A stretch of DNA of 42,449 nucleotides. It comes from a virus. The stretch's first letter is position 1. Each line of letters opens with the position of its first letter. Position numbers and translations under genes: made by a program. The notes beneath the pieces were generated by a model. It made no database searches. It was given only the letters and a program-made list of their open reading frames with translations, and was not told where the DNA came from. The stretch is taken from IMG/VR virus record IMGVR_UViG_3300045988_091463, positions 1 to 42,449 of that record, one strand, 5' to 3'. Below are positions 25,250 through 32,401 of this stretch, piece by piece.

Positions 25250-26410
25250 TTACCTAATTGCTCGCAAGAATGAATCAGTAACTTCACTTGCGACTTCGTC
25301 TTGAATGTGTGTGTATTTTTGAGTCATATAAGACGTTGAATGGCCTAACGCAGCTGCCATATGTTCAACTGGTACACCAGCGATTTGACCTTGTGTAGCG
25401 AAGAAGTGGCGCATCATGTGGGGTGAAACGTGAATACCGATTGCTTTACTGACCTTTTGAAAAACGACGCTAATGCGCGTGTACACGACTGGTTTTCCAA
25501 ATAGCCTTTTGCACTTTGAACCATCATCGATAAAAAGAAAGCTTTCCTTGTTTAGTATAATGCCAGCTTTTTTAGCGATGCGCTTGGTTTCCTCGATGGC
25601 TAAATCTAACAAAGCCGTGGTTTCCTGATCAACAAACACATATCGTTCAGATTGTTTAGTTTTCATTTTTCCGCCACTTGGACGTCCTTTTGTACGGCTT
25701 TCGTTCAAAAAGATACGATAGCGACCCTCTACTAGCTTCAATGAGCTAAATTTGATCCCCAAAACTTCGCTGACACGTAGTCCAAAATAAGTAAGTCTAA
25801 CCATCGTGTAATCATAAGTACTTAGCACCTTTTTTGCACATCTATCCCAATTTTGAAATTTTTCGACAGATAATCGTTTATCTCTCTGATTAATACTGCT
25901 GTCACCTACATAAATTTTTAGAATAGGGTTTTTATCGATGTAACCATTGACCTCCGCATCTGTAAGCATTGCTTCAAGAATGGCACTTGTTTGAACGACA
26001 GTTGTTCGTGAGTATTTTTTAAGCATTTTTGCTATAAAAACTTCATACTCTTGTCTATTAATGTCAACTAATCTAGTTTGACCATATCTTTTCTCAAAGT
26101 GTACTTTAAAGAGGTTGTTTTTGTTTCTAATCGTGTCTGGCGCCCATCGACCCGTTTTAATACGGTTCTCGCTGTATATTTCCCAATAATCGTTGACCGT
26201 CATGTTTTTCTTCGGGTCATACTCGTTATTTGCTATTTTGTTTTCGATTTCTGCAAGCGCGTGTCTAGCCTCGGCAAGTGTCTTTAAGTTGCTAGCAGTA
26301 GCTTCTTTCTTTTTGCCGTTTAATTTAAAGTTTCGGCGAACGTAGTAGCGTTTGCCTTTTTTAGTTTCATATGTATATATATTTGGATATTTTGTCTTAT
26401 TGTATTTCAT
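25250..26410 (-). CDS. int: Tyrosine integrase
   Basis: 386 aa. C-terminal HMMRHFFAT...LGHSTSYMTQKYTH contains the R-H-R-Y catalytic pattern. Confidence 0.93.
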   Translation of the reverse strand: MKYNKTKYPNIYTYETKKGKRYYVRRNFKLNGKKKEATASNLKTLAEARHALAEIENKIANNEYDPKKNMTVNDYWEIYSENRIKTGRWAPDTIRNKNNLFKVHFEKRYGQTRLVDINRQEYEVFIAKMLKKYSRTTVVQTSAILEAMLTDAEVNGYIDKNPILKIYVGDSSINQRDKRLSVEKFQNWDRCAKKVLSTYDYTMVRLTYFGLRVSEVLGIKFSSLKLVEGRYRIFLNESRTKGRPSGGKMKTKQSERYVFVDQETTALLDLAIEETKRIAKKAGIILNKESFLFIDDGSKCKRLFGKPVVYTRISVVFQKVSKAIGIHVSPHMMRHFFATQGQIAGVPVEHMAAALGHSTSYMTQKYTHIQDEVASEVTDSFLRAIR

Positions 26411-26428
26411 TTTTTTCTCCTTGTTAAA

Positions 26429-26456
26429 AATTTAGCTTCTGGACAAGGCTTTTCAA
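26429..26456 (-). promoter_or_regulatory. Putative int promoter whose spacer is the 18-nt repeat AGCTTCTGGACAAGGCTT
   Basis: The minus strand reads TTGAAA, 16-nt spacer, TAAATT. Confidence 0.4.
26434..26451. repeat. 18-nt motif AGCTTCTGGACAAGGCTT, copy B
   Basis: Identical to 30534-30551. An inverted, slightly diverged copy lies at 25022-25040. Confidence 0.9.
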
Positions 26457-26635
26457 CTTAGAGAAATTCTTGACATCACCACCTTTTTTGATAAAATTAA
26501 ATAAGCGGAAAGCAACGAACCTGGATTTTTCCATTTTCAATTTTTTAAGTAATCAATTAAGTTGTTTTTTCGTACTTATCATCTAACCCTTACACTCAAA
26601 ATTTGGCGATGGAGAGTGTGAGGGATTTTTTGTTT

Positions 26636-27262
26636 TTATTTCCAAAATTGTTTTCCGTATTGGACTTTTAATTCTTTTTCATCATATTTTTTATCTTTAT
26701 CGCCGCCATAGAAATTTACAAATGTTTTAGTTTCTCCGGCGGGAATAAGAACAGTTCCGTCAGTGTAGGTTTCGCCTGTAAAGAATGTTGAATCAAATTT
26801 TAAATAGTCATCACCAGATTTTAAAAAGAACTCTTTAGGGTTAACTGTGGCAGGGGTATTACTTGTATTTACTATATCAACACCTACCAAAAAAACGTCA
26901 TTTTTTGAAGTATCTATACCCGTTGCTATAAGATTACTATTGTTTTTCTTGGCGTACAATGCTGCAATATCAACGCCGACGCTATCGTTAGAATAATTGA
27001 TATATTCTTTAAAGTCACTTGAACTAGTATCTTGTGTTGTCGTGAAATCAATCAATGAATCATAAAAGTTTGTCCCTGCATTCATTTGCCTTACATAAGC
27101 AAATGCTTTGCTGCTTAAATTTCTATCTTTATCTATTGTTTTTTGTAATTTAGCGTTTTCATTTGAATACGCTATAACTTTAAAAATTAAAAATAAAATA
27201 GCAACAACAGACACTAGCTGCGTCCAAAAAAGTGGTTGTTTAAAAATAGTTTTCTTTTTCAT
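26636..27262 (-). CDS. Membrane-anchored DUF4352-like protein (candidate superinfection exclusion or surface protein)
   Basis: N-terminal TM segment LFWTQLVSVVAILFLIFKVIA. C-terminal VGVDIVNTSNTPATVNPKEFFLKSGDDY fits a DUF4352-type Ig-like domain. Lies in the lysogeny-expressed orientation. Confidence 0.7.
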   Translation of the reverse strand: MKKKTIFKQPLFWTQLVSVVAILFLIFKVIAYSNENAKLQKTIDKDRNLSSKAFAYVRQMNAGTNFYDSLIDFTTTQDTSSSDFKEYINYSNDSVGVDIAALYAKKNNSNLIATGIDTSKNDVFLVGVDIVNTSNTPATVNPKEFFLKSGDDYLKFDSTFFTGETYTDGTVLIPAGETKTFVNFYGGDKDKKYDEKELKVQYGKQFWK

Positions 27263-27291
27263 TTTCTTTCCCTTGTTCAATAAAAGTTTTT

Positions 27292-28080
27292 TTATTTTTC
27301 AGAATATCTTCCAACGACCTTGCCGATAATCCTAAAATCGCTATCGATATCAACTAGTATGTCATCATATTTAGAATTTAAACTGTGTAGATATGCTCCA
27401 GAATCATTAATAACTAGTTCTTTAATGTAAGCGTCGCCGTAATATTCGAATACTCCGATATCACCGTTTGAAAGTTCCACAGACAACTTTACAAATACGT
27501 AGTCACCAGAGTGATATTCTGGCTCCATTGAATCGCCGTAAATAGGAACAACAAAGTCTGCATCTACATCTATCGGCAATTCAATCTGTTCAACTTGTAC
27601 ATCATTTAAATATTGTCCTGTACCAGCCGATAACGCTTGGTCGTAGTAGTTATAGGTATAATATATAGTTTGAGGTTCGTTAATTGTATTCTGATTGTTT
27701 ACTTCTAATTCTTGTTCTTTTAGTTGCTTATCAGTATAAGCCAAAACTTTCTTTTGACGTGCTTTGTGTAATCTAGCAACTTTATTATTGATTTGAGAAA
27801 TTAAAGAGTCATCAATATCTTCCTGTTTTTCAGTTTTAAAACGAGGGTCAATGTCAGATTTTAAAAGACCAAAATAATCAGCGATTTTTTGGACATTCCC
27901 CGGACGAGGTAGAGCGTTTCCTCTAACATATTCGTTAAAACTACTTCGTGGAATATCTAATTTATCAGCAAGATGAGATTGTTTTAAATTATTTTCATCT
28001 AATAGCTGTCGTATTTTAGTAGAAACAAATTCCATTGCTTCTTTTTCTTGAGGAGTAGCTTTTCCTCTTCCTCTAGCCAT
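27292..28080 (-). CDS. CI-type repressor (XRE HTH plus S24 LexA-like peptidase domain)
   Basis: N-terminal HTH LKQSHLADKLDIPRSSFNEYVRG. C-terminal YGDSMEP with a downstream K, as in S24 autopeptidases. Confidence 0.9.
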   Translation of the reverse strand: MARGRGKATPQEKEAMEFVSTKIRQLLDENNLKQSHLADKLDIPRSSFNEYVRGNALPRPGNVQKIADYFGLLKSDIDPRFKTEKQEDIDDSLISQINNKVARLHKARQKKVLAYTDKQLKEQELEVNNQNTINEPQTIYYTYNYYDQALSAGTGQYLNDVQVEQIELPIDVDADFVVPIYGDSMEPEYHSGDYVFVKLSVELSNGDIGVFEYYGDAYIKELVINDSGAYLHSLNSKYDDILVDIDSDFRIIGKVVGRYSEK

Positions 28081-28112
28081 TCAGTTTTCCTCCTTTTGAT
28101 TTTTGTACTTAT

Positions 28113-28141
28113 ATAATACCGATTTTTTTCGGATTTGTAAA
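28113..28141 (-). promoter_or_regulatory. Repressor gene promoter
   Basis: The minus strand reads TTTACA, 17-nt spacer, TATTAT. Confidence 0.55.
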
Positions 28142-28181
28142 TAAAAAAACGAAAAAAATTCGTTTTTTTTCGTTTTAAGCA

Positions 28182-28210
28182 TTGACATTCGTTTTAAAAC
28201 GGATTATAAT
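28182..28210 (+). promoter_or_regulatory. Consensus rightward early promoter with a palindromic operator in the spacer
   Basis: TTGACA, 17-nt spacer, TATAAT. The palindrome CGTTTTAAAACG lies at 28190-28201. An AAAACGAA/TTCGTTTT inverted repeat lies at 28146-28166. Confidence 0.8.
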
Positions 28211-28258
28211 ATACTCGTAAGGTTGAGAGAGACCTTAACAAAAACAGGAGGTGAGGAT

Positions 28259-28390
28259 ATGAACGAACTAGAAAAAACAGCCCTCAACGAAATACTGAGG
28301 ACTGTGACCTATATTGCAGAGAAAATCGATGAAATTGATTCTAAGATTTCTTTGGACGATTCACGAGTTCTTGAGCATCAAGAAAATTAA
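28259..28390 (+). CDS. Small acidic ORF (43 aa), first gene downstream of the early promoter
   Basis: AGGAGGTGAGG RBS and an ATG at 28259. The 3' end overlaps the convergent gene by 50 nt. Confidence 0.45.
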   Translation: MNELEKTALNEILRTVTYIAEKIDEIDSKISLDDSRVLEHQEN

Positions 28391-29030
28391 GTTGCATTTC
28401 AATGTAGTGTAGGAATCCATGAAGATATCTTTTTAAATCTTGTAAGTCTTTATCGCTATGTTTTCTAACATAATGCGTTTCATCGTTTCCGATGAATGTT
28501 GAAGCAGTTGCGAAAGTTTGAAGAGTATCATCTTTTATGTATTTATCAATAACCTGTTTAAGTAGCATTTTTTCAACTTTTGATTTGTCTTTAGGATTTG
28601 TTGCAATGACAAAATCTTTTACAAAAAATTCTAACGCTTTTCGAAAGCCGATTCCTGCAATGTGGTCAAGTTTTTCTTGTTCTGCTTTTAGAGATTGCAA
28701 GTAGATTTCTTTGCCGATAGGCGATATAGCTGCAAGATTATCACTGATAGGAATATCGCTAGGAAGCTCAGGCTTAACATCTTGTAACGTTATATTTTCA
28801 ATGGATTCACGCCCAAAAACGCTCATGGTTTCCACGTTGAATTCGTCAATAAAATAATGCTTACATTGCGAACAAAAACGCATTAAAGCAAGGTGATAGT
28901 GATTGTTGTCAGTTTTCTTAGTTGTGTTATGTATCACAATCGGACTGGTAATGTTGTTGCAAATTTTACAAGTATCTTTAACTTCAACTGATTGCTTAAA
29001 ATACTCGGTTGGTTGTACTTCTACATACAT
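28341..29030 (-). CDS. Zn-ribbon plus DUF4145 (HEPN-like?) protein, cargo/defence candidate inside the switch region
   Basis: CKIC..(30)..CSQCKH forms a four-Cys ribbon. C-terminal GIGFRKALEFFVKDF...FIGNDETHY fits the DUF4145 pattern. GGAGA RBS. Confidence 0.75.
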   Translation of the reverse strand: MYVEVQPTEYFKQSVEVKDTCKICNNITSPIVIHNTTKKTDNNHYHLALMRFCSQCKHYFIDEFNVETMSVFGRESIENITLQDVKPELPSDIPISDNLAAISPIGKEIYLQSLKAEQEKLDHIAGIGFRKALEFFVKDFVIATNPKDKSKVEKMLLKQVIDKYIKDDTLQTFATASTFIGNDETHYVRKHSDKDLQDLKRYLHGFLHYIEMQLNFLDAQELVNRPKKS

Positions 29031-29058
29031 AATTTATTCTCCAATCATTTTTATTTCC

Positions 29059-29087
29059 ATTATACCATTTTAGAAAGGGGTGAGAAT
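29059..29087 (-). promoter_or_regulatory. Extended -10 promoter for the DUF4145 gene
   Basis: The minus strand reads ATTCTC, 17-nt spacer, TGgTATAAT. Confidence 0.5.
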
Positions 29088-29327
29088 ATGCAAAAAATGA
29101 CGTTACGTGCTTTACGCACAAACTATAGTTTAACAGCTAAAGAAGTAGCTGAGGAATTAGGTATTCATCAACAAACACTTCTTAAATACGAAAATGATAG
29201 TACAGATATTCCTTTGAGTTTATTAGAAAAACTAGCTAATTATTATGGCGTTAATAAAGATTTTATTTTTTTAGGCAAAAAATTCGTTTTAAAACAGAAT
29301 TTTAACAAACATTTATCAGCAGGTTAG
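29088..29327 (+). CDS. Cro-like XRE-family HTH protein (79 aa)
   Basis: The ATG follows AAGGGGTGAG. The HTH is LTAKEVAEELGIHQQTLLKYEND. Confidence 0.8.
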   Translation: MQKMTLRALRTNYSLTAKEVAEELGIHQQTLLKYENDSTDIPLSLLEKLANYYGVNKDFIFLGKKFVLKQNFNKHLSAG

Positions 29328-29339
29328 AAAGGAGCAAAC

Positions 29340-29486
29340 ATGAAACCAAAGCGTTATCCGTATAGTGGAAATAAAAAGCAACCTCATGAAGAGATTGCTA
29401 AGTTAAAAATTGGTTCTAACATGGTTAAAATCACTGCGAAAAAGATTACTTTTTCTGGGGCACTAGAGTCCCATCAGATTTTTTAA
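29340..29486 (+). CDS. Small basic ORF (48 aa)
   Basis: AAGGAG RBS 6 nt upstream. The 3' end overlaps the convergent gene at 29446-29679. Confidence 0.35.
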   Translation: MKPKRYPYSGNKKQPHEEIAKLKIGSNMVKITAKKITFSGALESHQIF

Positions 29487-29679
29487 TCAAGAGCCATTCT
29501 GGATTAATCTCAATACTTGCAGTTCCGCTATCTAGCTCTGCAACAAACCAAAATCCGTTTGGATAAGTTGTTTTAGTTTTGGAGTATCCAGGACGAAAAT
29601 CGATAATTTCCTTTTTGATTTCATTAAAATCTACCTCAAAGTTAGAGGTGTCGATATTAACATGAACTTGTTCAGACAC
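29446..29679 (-). CDS. Unknown 77-aa protein, minus-strand cargo gene
   Basis: GTG start preceded by GAAAGGAGG. Has its own promoter (below). Confidence 0.7.
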   Translation of the reverse strand: MSEQVHVNIDTSNFEVDFNEIKKEIIDFRPGYSKTKTTYPNGFWFVAELDSGTASIEINPEWLLIKKSDGTLVPQKK

Positions 29680-29765
29680 GCCGTTGCCTCCTTTCTGTAA
29701 AACTTAACTCTCAGGAAATCGCTTGGTTTGGTAGTTAAAGTTTTTTACCTGATTGTCATATCTAT

Positions 29766-29794
29766 ATTATAGCAGAAAGTAGAATTAATCACAA
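29766..29794 (-). promoter_or_regulatory. Promoter for the 77-aa minus-strand gene
   Basis: The minus strand reads TTGTGA, 17-nt spacer, TATAAT. Confidence 0.55.
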
Positions 29795-29848
29795 GATGTA
29801 GTGAGTAAAATTAAAAACAGATACAACATATTGTGGTTTGGTGAAGAT

Positions 29849-30037
29849 ATGTGGAAAAAATTAAATCATATTTTGATTGAAAAAGGAATGACAAAAAAAG
29901 AACTTGCGGAAAAAGCAGGAATTAGTAAAAACACAATCCAAAACATTCGGAATAGTAAAATCTCATTTCGAAATATGGTCAAAATCGCTGATGCTTTAGA
30001 CGTTAGCTTAGATGAATTTAGAAAGGATAACACATGA
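29849..30037 (+). CDS. Second XRE-family HTH protein (62 aa)
   Basis: The HTH is MTKKELAEKAGISKNTIQNIRNS. The GTG start at 29801 in the track is less likely. Confidence 0.75.
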   Translation: MWKKLNHILIEKGMTKKELAEKAGISKNTIQNIRNSKISFRNMVKIADALDVSLDEFRKDNT

Positions 30038-30184
30038 AACTTAACGTAGAAATTACAAATCTAGCTGAGTTTATAACAGCAACAGAAGTAGTGCTAAAAA
30101 AAAGCCGAAGAATTACAAAAAGCAATTCAACGACTTAATGCAATTGAGCTTGAAATTTCAACGTCATATGATAAAGAAATTTAG
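30034..30184 (+). pseudogene. Small coiled-coil ORF split by a frame change at an A8 tract (30096-30103)
   Basis: The zero frame stops at 30138 after 34 aa. The +1 frame continues as AEELQKAIQRLNAIELEISTSYDKEI to 30184. Confidence 0.4.
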
Positions 30185-30280
30185 AAAGGACGGTGTATCT
30201 ATTTTGGATACAAAAAAAGCCACTGAAAAATCAGTGACTTTCACAAAAACTTACTTACATTATACCAGAAAGGAAACAAC

Positions 30281-30532
30281 ATGGATAGTGTAATGCAACA
30301 ATTCTCTGATTGGCTAAAGGGCATAATCAAGGAAACATTAAACAAGCTTTTGGAAATCGAACGGGACGACGGTTTTCCAGAATTGATGGACGTAACAACG
30401 ACGTGTGACTTTTTGGGAATTAAATACGACACGTTTCAACTTTACCGCTATTCAGACGGTTTCCCAAAAGAATTGCCAGCCAAACGCTGGTCAAAACGAG
30501 CTATTAAGAAATGGCTTGAAAATCAAATTTAA
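30281..30532 (+). CDS. Excisionase-like / MerR-type HTH DNA-binding protein (83 aa)
   Basis: The segment LMDVTTTCDFLGIKYDTFQLY resembles Xis/HTH_17 small DNA binders. Confidence 0.55.
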   Translation: MDSVMQQFSDWLKGIIKETLNKLLEIERDDGFPELMDVTTTCDFLGIKYDTFQLYRYSDGFPKELPAKRWSKRAIKKWLENQI

Positions 30533-30533
30533 A

Positions 30534-30551
30534 AGCTTCTGGACAAGGCTT
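30534..30551. repeat. 18-nt motif AGCTTCTGGACAAGGCTT, copy C
   Basis: Identical to 26434-26451. Confidence 0.9.
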
Positions 30552-30567
30552 AGAAAGGAAGGGAAAC

Positions 30568-30825
30568 ATGGATGAGTATTTAGTTTTAGAACGTCCGTTG
30601 TATGACGGTCATCAAAAGATTTACTTATTCGAAAATGGCTACGGTGCAAGCGTAATAAACCATTCATTTTCGTACGGGCTTGAAATGGCTGTAATCAAAG
30701 GGAATGTTGATAATTGGGACATTTGCTGCAGAAAATTAATTTTCGATGACGATGATGACGGTATTTTAGGTTATCTAACTGAAAAAGAAGTTGAAAAATA
30801 TCTAAAAAGAATCAAGGAGTTGTAA
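30568..30825 (+). CDS. Hypothetical early protein (85 aa)
   Basis: AAGGAAGGG RBS, tight packing. Confidence 0.65.
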   Translation: MDEYLVLERPLYDGHQKIYLFENGYGASVINHSFSYGLEMAVIKGNVDNWDICCRKLIFDDDDDGILGYLTEKEVEKYLKRIKEL

Positions 30826-30827
30826 AC

Positions 30828-31010
30828 ATGGATTTATTTATTATCTGCTTTAGCTTAGCAGCACTGCTATACGTGCTAACATTGCCATTTATCGGCAAGA
30901 GAGCGAGAAAGAAAGAAGAACCAAAGCGGGGGTATTCAAAACGTTTCCCGTGGGAAGAAAATCAAATAGCATACAATCGCATGCACAGTTTACCAGATGA
31001 CGCGATTTAA
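30828..31010 (+). CDS. Small membrane protein (60 aa)
   Basis: N-terminal TM segment LFIICFSLAALLYVLTLPFI. AAGGAG RBS. Confidence 0.6.
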   Translation: MDLFIICFSLAALLYVLTLPFIGKRARKKEEPKRGYSKRFPWEENQIAYNRMHSLPDDAI

Positions 31011-31020
31011 GAGGTGCTAA

Positions 31021-31119
31021 ATGGAAAATGAATATTTTGACACAGATGAAATCATGGTAATCGGCTTTGACACAGATGGCTGGCACGGGTGCTGGGGCGA
31101 AAGAGAGGAAGAAGATTAA
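31021..31119 (+). CDS. Small acidic ORF (32 aa)
   Basis: GAGGTG RBS. Fills the gap between its neighbours exactly. Confidence 0.4.
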   Translation: MENEYFDTDEIMVIGFDTDGWHGCWGEREEED

Positions 31120-31121
31120 TA

Positions 31122-31256
31122 ATGTACACATACGAATACCGCTGCTTGGATTGTGGTGAGCGTTGGGAAATTATTGATAGTTACCCGCCGCTTGAATGTC
31201 CACATTGTGAAAGTGAACAGATTTATCAATTATGGAAAGTGAGGGCGTACGATTGA
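31122..31256 (+). CDS. Zinc-ribbon protein (44 aa)
   Basis: The arrangement CLDCG..(15)..CPHC forms two CxxC pairs. Confidence 0.55.
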   Translation: MYTYEYRCLDCGERWEIIDSYPPLECPHCESEQIYQLWKVRAYD

Positions 31257-31540
31257 GAATTTATGTTAATAAACGCAAAAAATTGATTTTAGCACCAGAA
31301 GTTTTTGAAAAATACGGTGGTGTCAGTAACGAAACTATGCAAATTAAAAATGGTGAATTTGCAAAGGAAATCGAAAAAGAGGTCAACGAAGCTATGCAAG
31401 AGATTATCGAACGTTGGCAACCAATTTTCGATAATATTCCAACGGAAGCACTATTTGCTGAAAGACAAAGGCAAGTTAAAAACTTTAGTGATTTTGAAAC
31501 AGTGCTAACAGAACTGGTAGAGGAGGAATATAGTAAATGA
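31232..31540 (+). CDS. Hypothetical early protein (about 95-102 aa)
   Basis: ORF track entry. An alternative TTG start at 31253 follows GTGAGGG. Confidence 0.6.
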   Translation: MESEGVRLRIYVNKRKKLILAPEVFEKYGGVSNETMQIKNGEFAKEIEKEVNEAMQEIIERWQPIFDNIPTEALFAERQRQVKNFSDFETVLTELVEEEYSK

Positions 31541-31740
31541 TTTTCGTAAAACAGTATTTTGACGGTATTAGCTATAATGCTACAGATTGGTTAAACCATG
31601 AAATTGAATTGAATAAGCATTGTTGGAGCCATAAAATCGTTGGTTATCAACTTGGTCTAGAAGATGTCGCTACTATTCTTGTTGAATGGGTTGGTTTGAT
31701 CGGAAATGAGTTTGAGGAGTGGGAACGTGAAGATTACTAA
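31537..31740 (+). CDS. Hypothetical early protein (67 aa)
   Basis: ATGA overlap with the upstream gene. Confidence 0.6.
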   Translation: MIFVKQYFDGISYNATDWLNHEIELNKHCWSHKIVGYQLGLEDVATILVEWVGLIGNEFEEWEREDY

Positions 31741-32401
31741 CGCAAGCAATATCGAACTTACCAGAAACTGGCGTATCCTCATTTATGGGAAACCTGGCCT
31801 TGGTAAGACAACATTAATTAAACAATTAAAAGGTAAAACGATAGTATTATCACTTGATAACTCGCAACGTGTTTTGGCGGGTAGTGAAAATATTGACGTC
31901 GTAGAATTTGATAGAAAACATCCGACGGAGTGCATGACTAACTTCTTGAAAGAAGTCGATGAAATTCTTTCAGAATATGACAATTTAGTCATTGATAATA
32001 TTTCAAGCTTTCAATCGGATTGGTTTATTGAACAAGGACGAAAATCAAAAAATGGTATCAGCAACGAATTGCAACATTATTCGCAATGGACGAACTATTT
32101 CTTACGAGTGCTAACAGCGATTTACAGTAAACCAATCAACATTTACGTGACAGCTTGGGAAGATACACACGATTTAAATTTGGAAACAGGGCAAATTATC
32201 ACGCAGTATGTTCCGCAAATCAGAAATAGTGTTTTAAGTCAGTTATTAGGGCTTACAGACGTCGTCGGACGAATCATTGTCAATGAGAAAACGGGCGGTC
32301 GTGGGGTTGTTTTAGAAGGTTCAGAAGGCACTTATGCTAAGAACCGTTTAGATAAACGCACGGTCTGCTCTATCGAGGAAGTGTTTGAGTTTGAAGCTTA
32401 G
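31727..32401 (+). CDS. Sak4-like / AAA_24-type ATPase (recombination-replication module)
   Basis: Walker A motif YGKPGLGKTT. The GTG at 31727 follows GAGGAG. Followed by helicase and DUF669 genes, as in Sak4 modules. Confidence 0.78.
   Translation: MKITNASNIELTRNWRILIYGKPGLGKTTLIKQLKGKTIVLSLDNSQRVLAGSENIDVVEFDRKHPTECMTNFLKEVDEILSEYDNLVIDNISSFQSDWFIEQGRKSKNGISNELQHYSQWTNYFLRVLTAIYSKPINIYVTAWEDTHDLNLETGQIITQYVPQIRNSVLSQLLGLTDVVGRIIVNEKTGGRGVVLEGSEGTYAKNRLDKRTVCSIEEVFEFEA

Noticed and set aside
26588-26640. Hairpin CCCTTACACTC...GAGTGTGAGGG plus T-run as a terminator for a plus-strand gene
   Set aside because: No plus-strand gene ends there. The T-run overlaps the stop codon of the minus-strand DUF4352 gene. 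It may act bidirectionally, but the orientation is ambiguous, so it was not listed as a feature.
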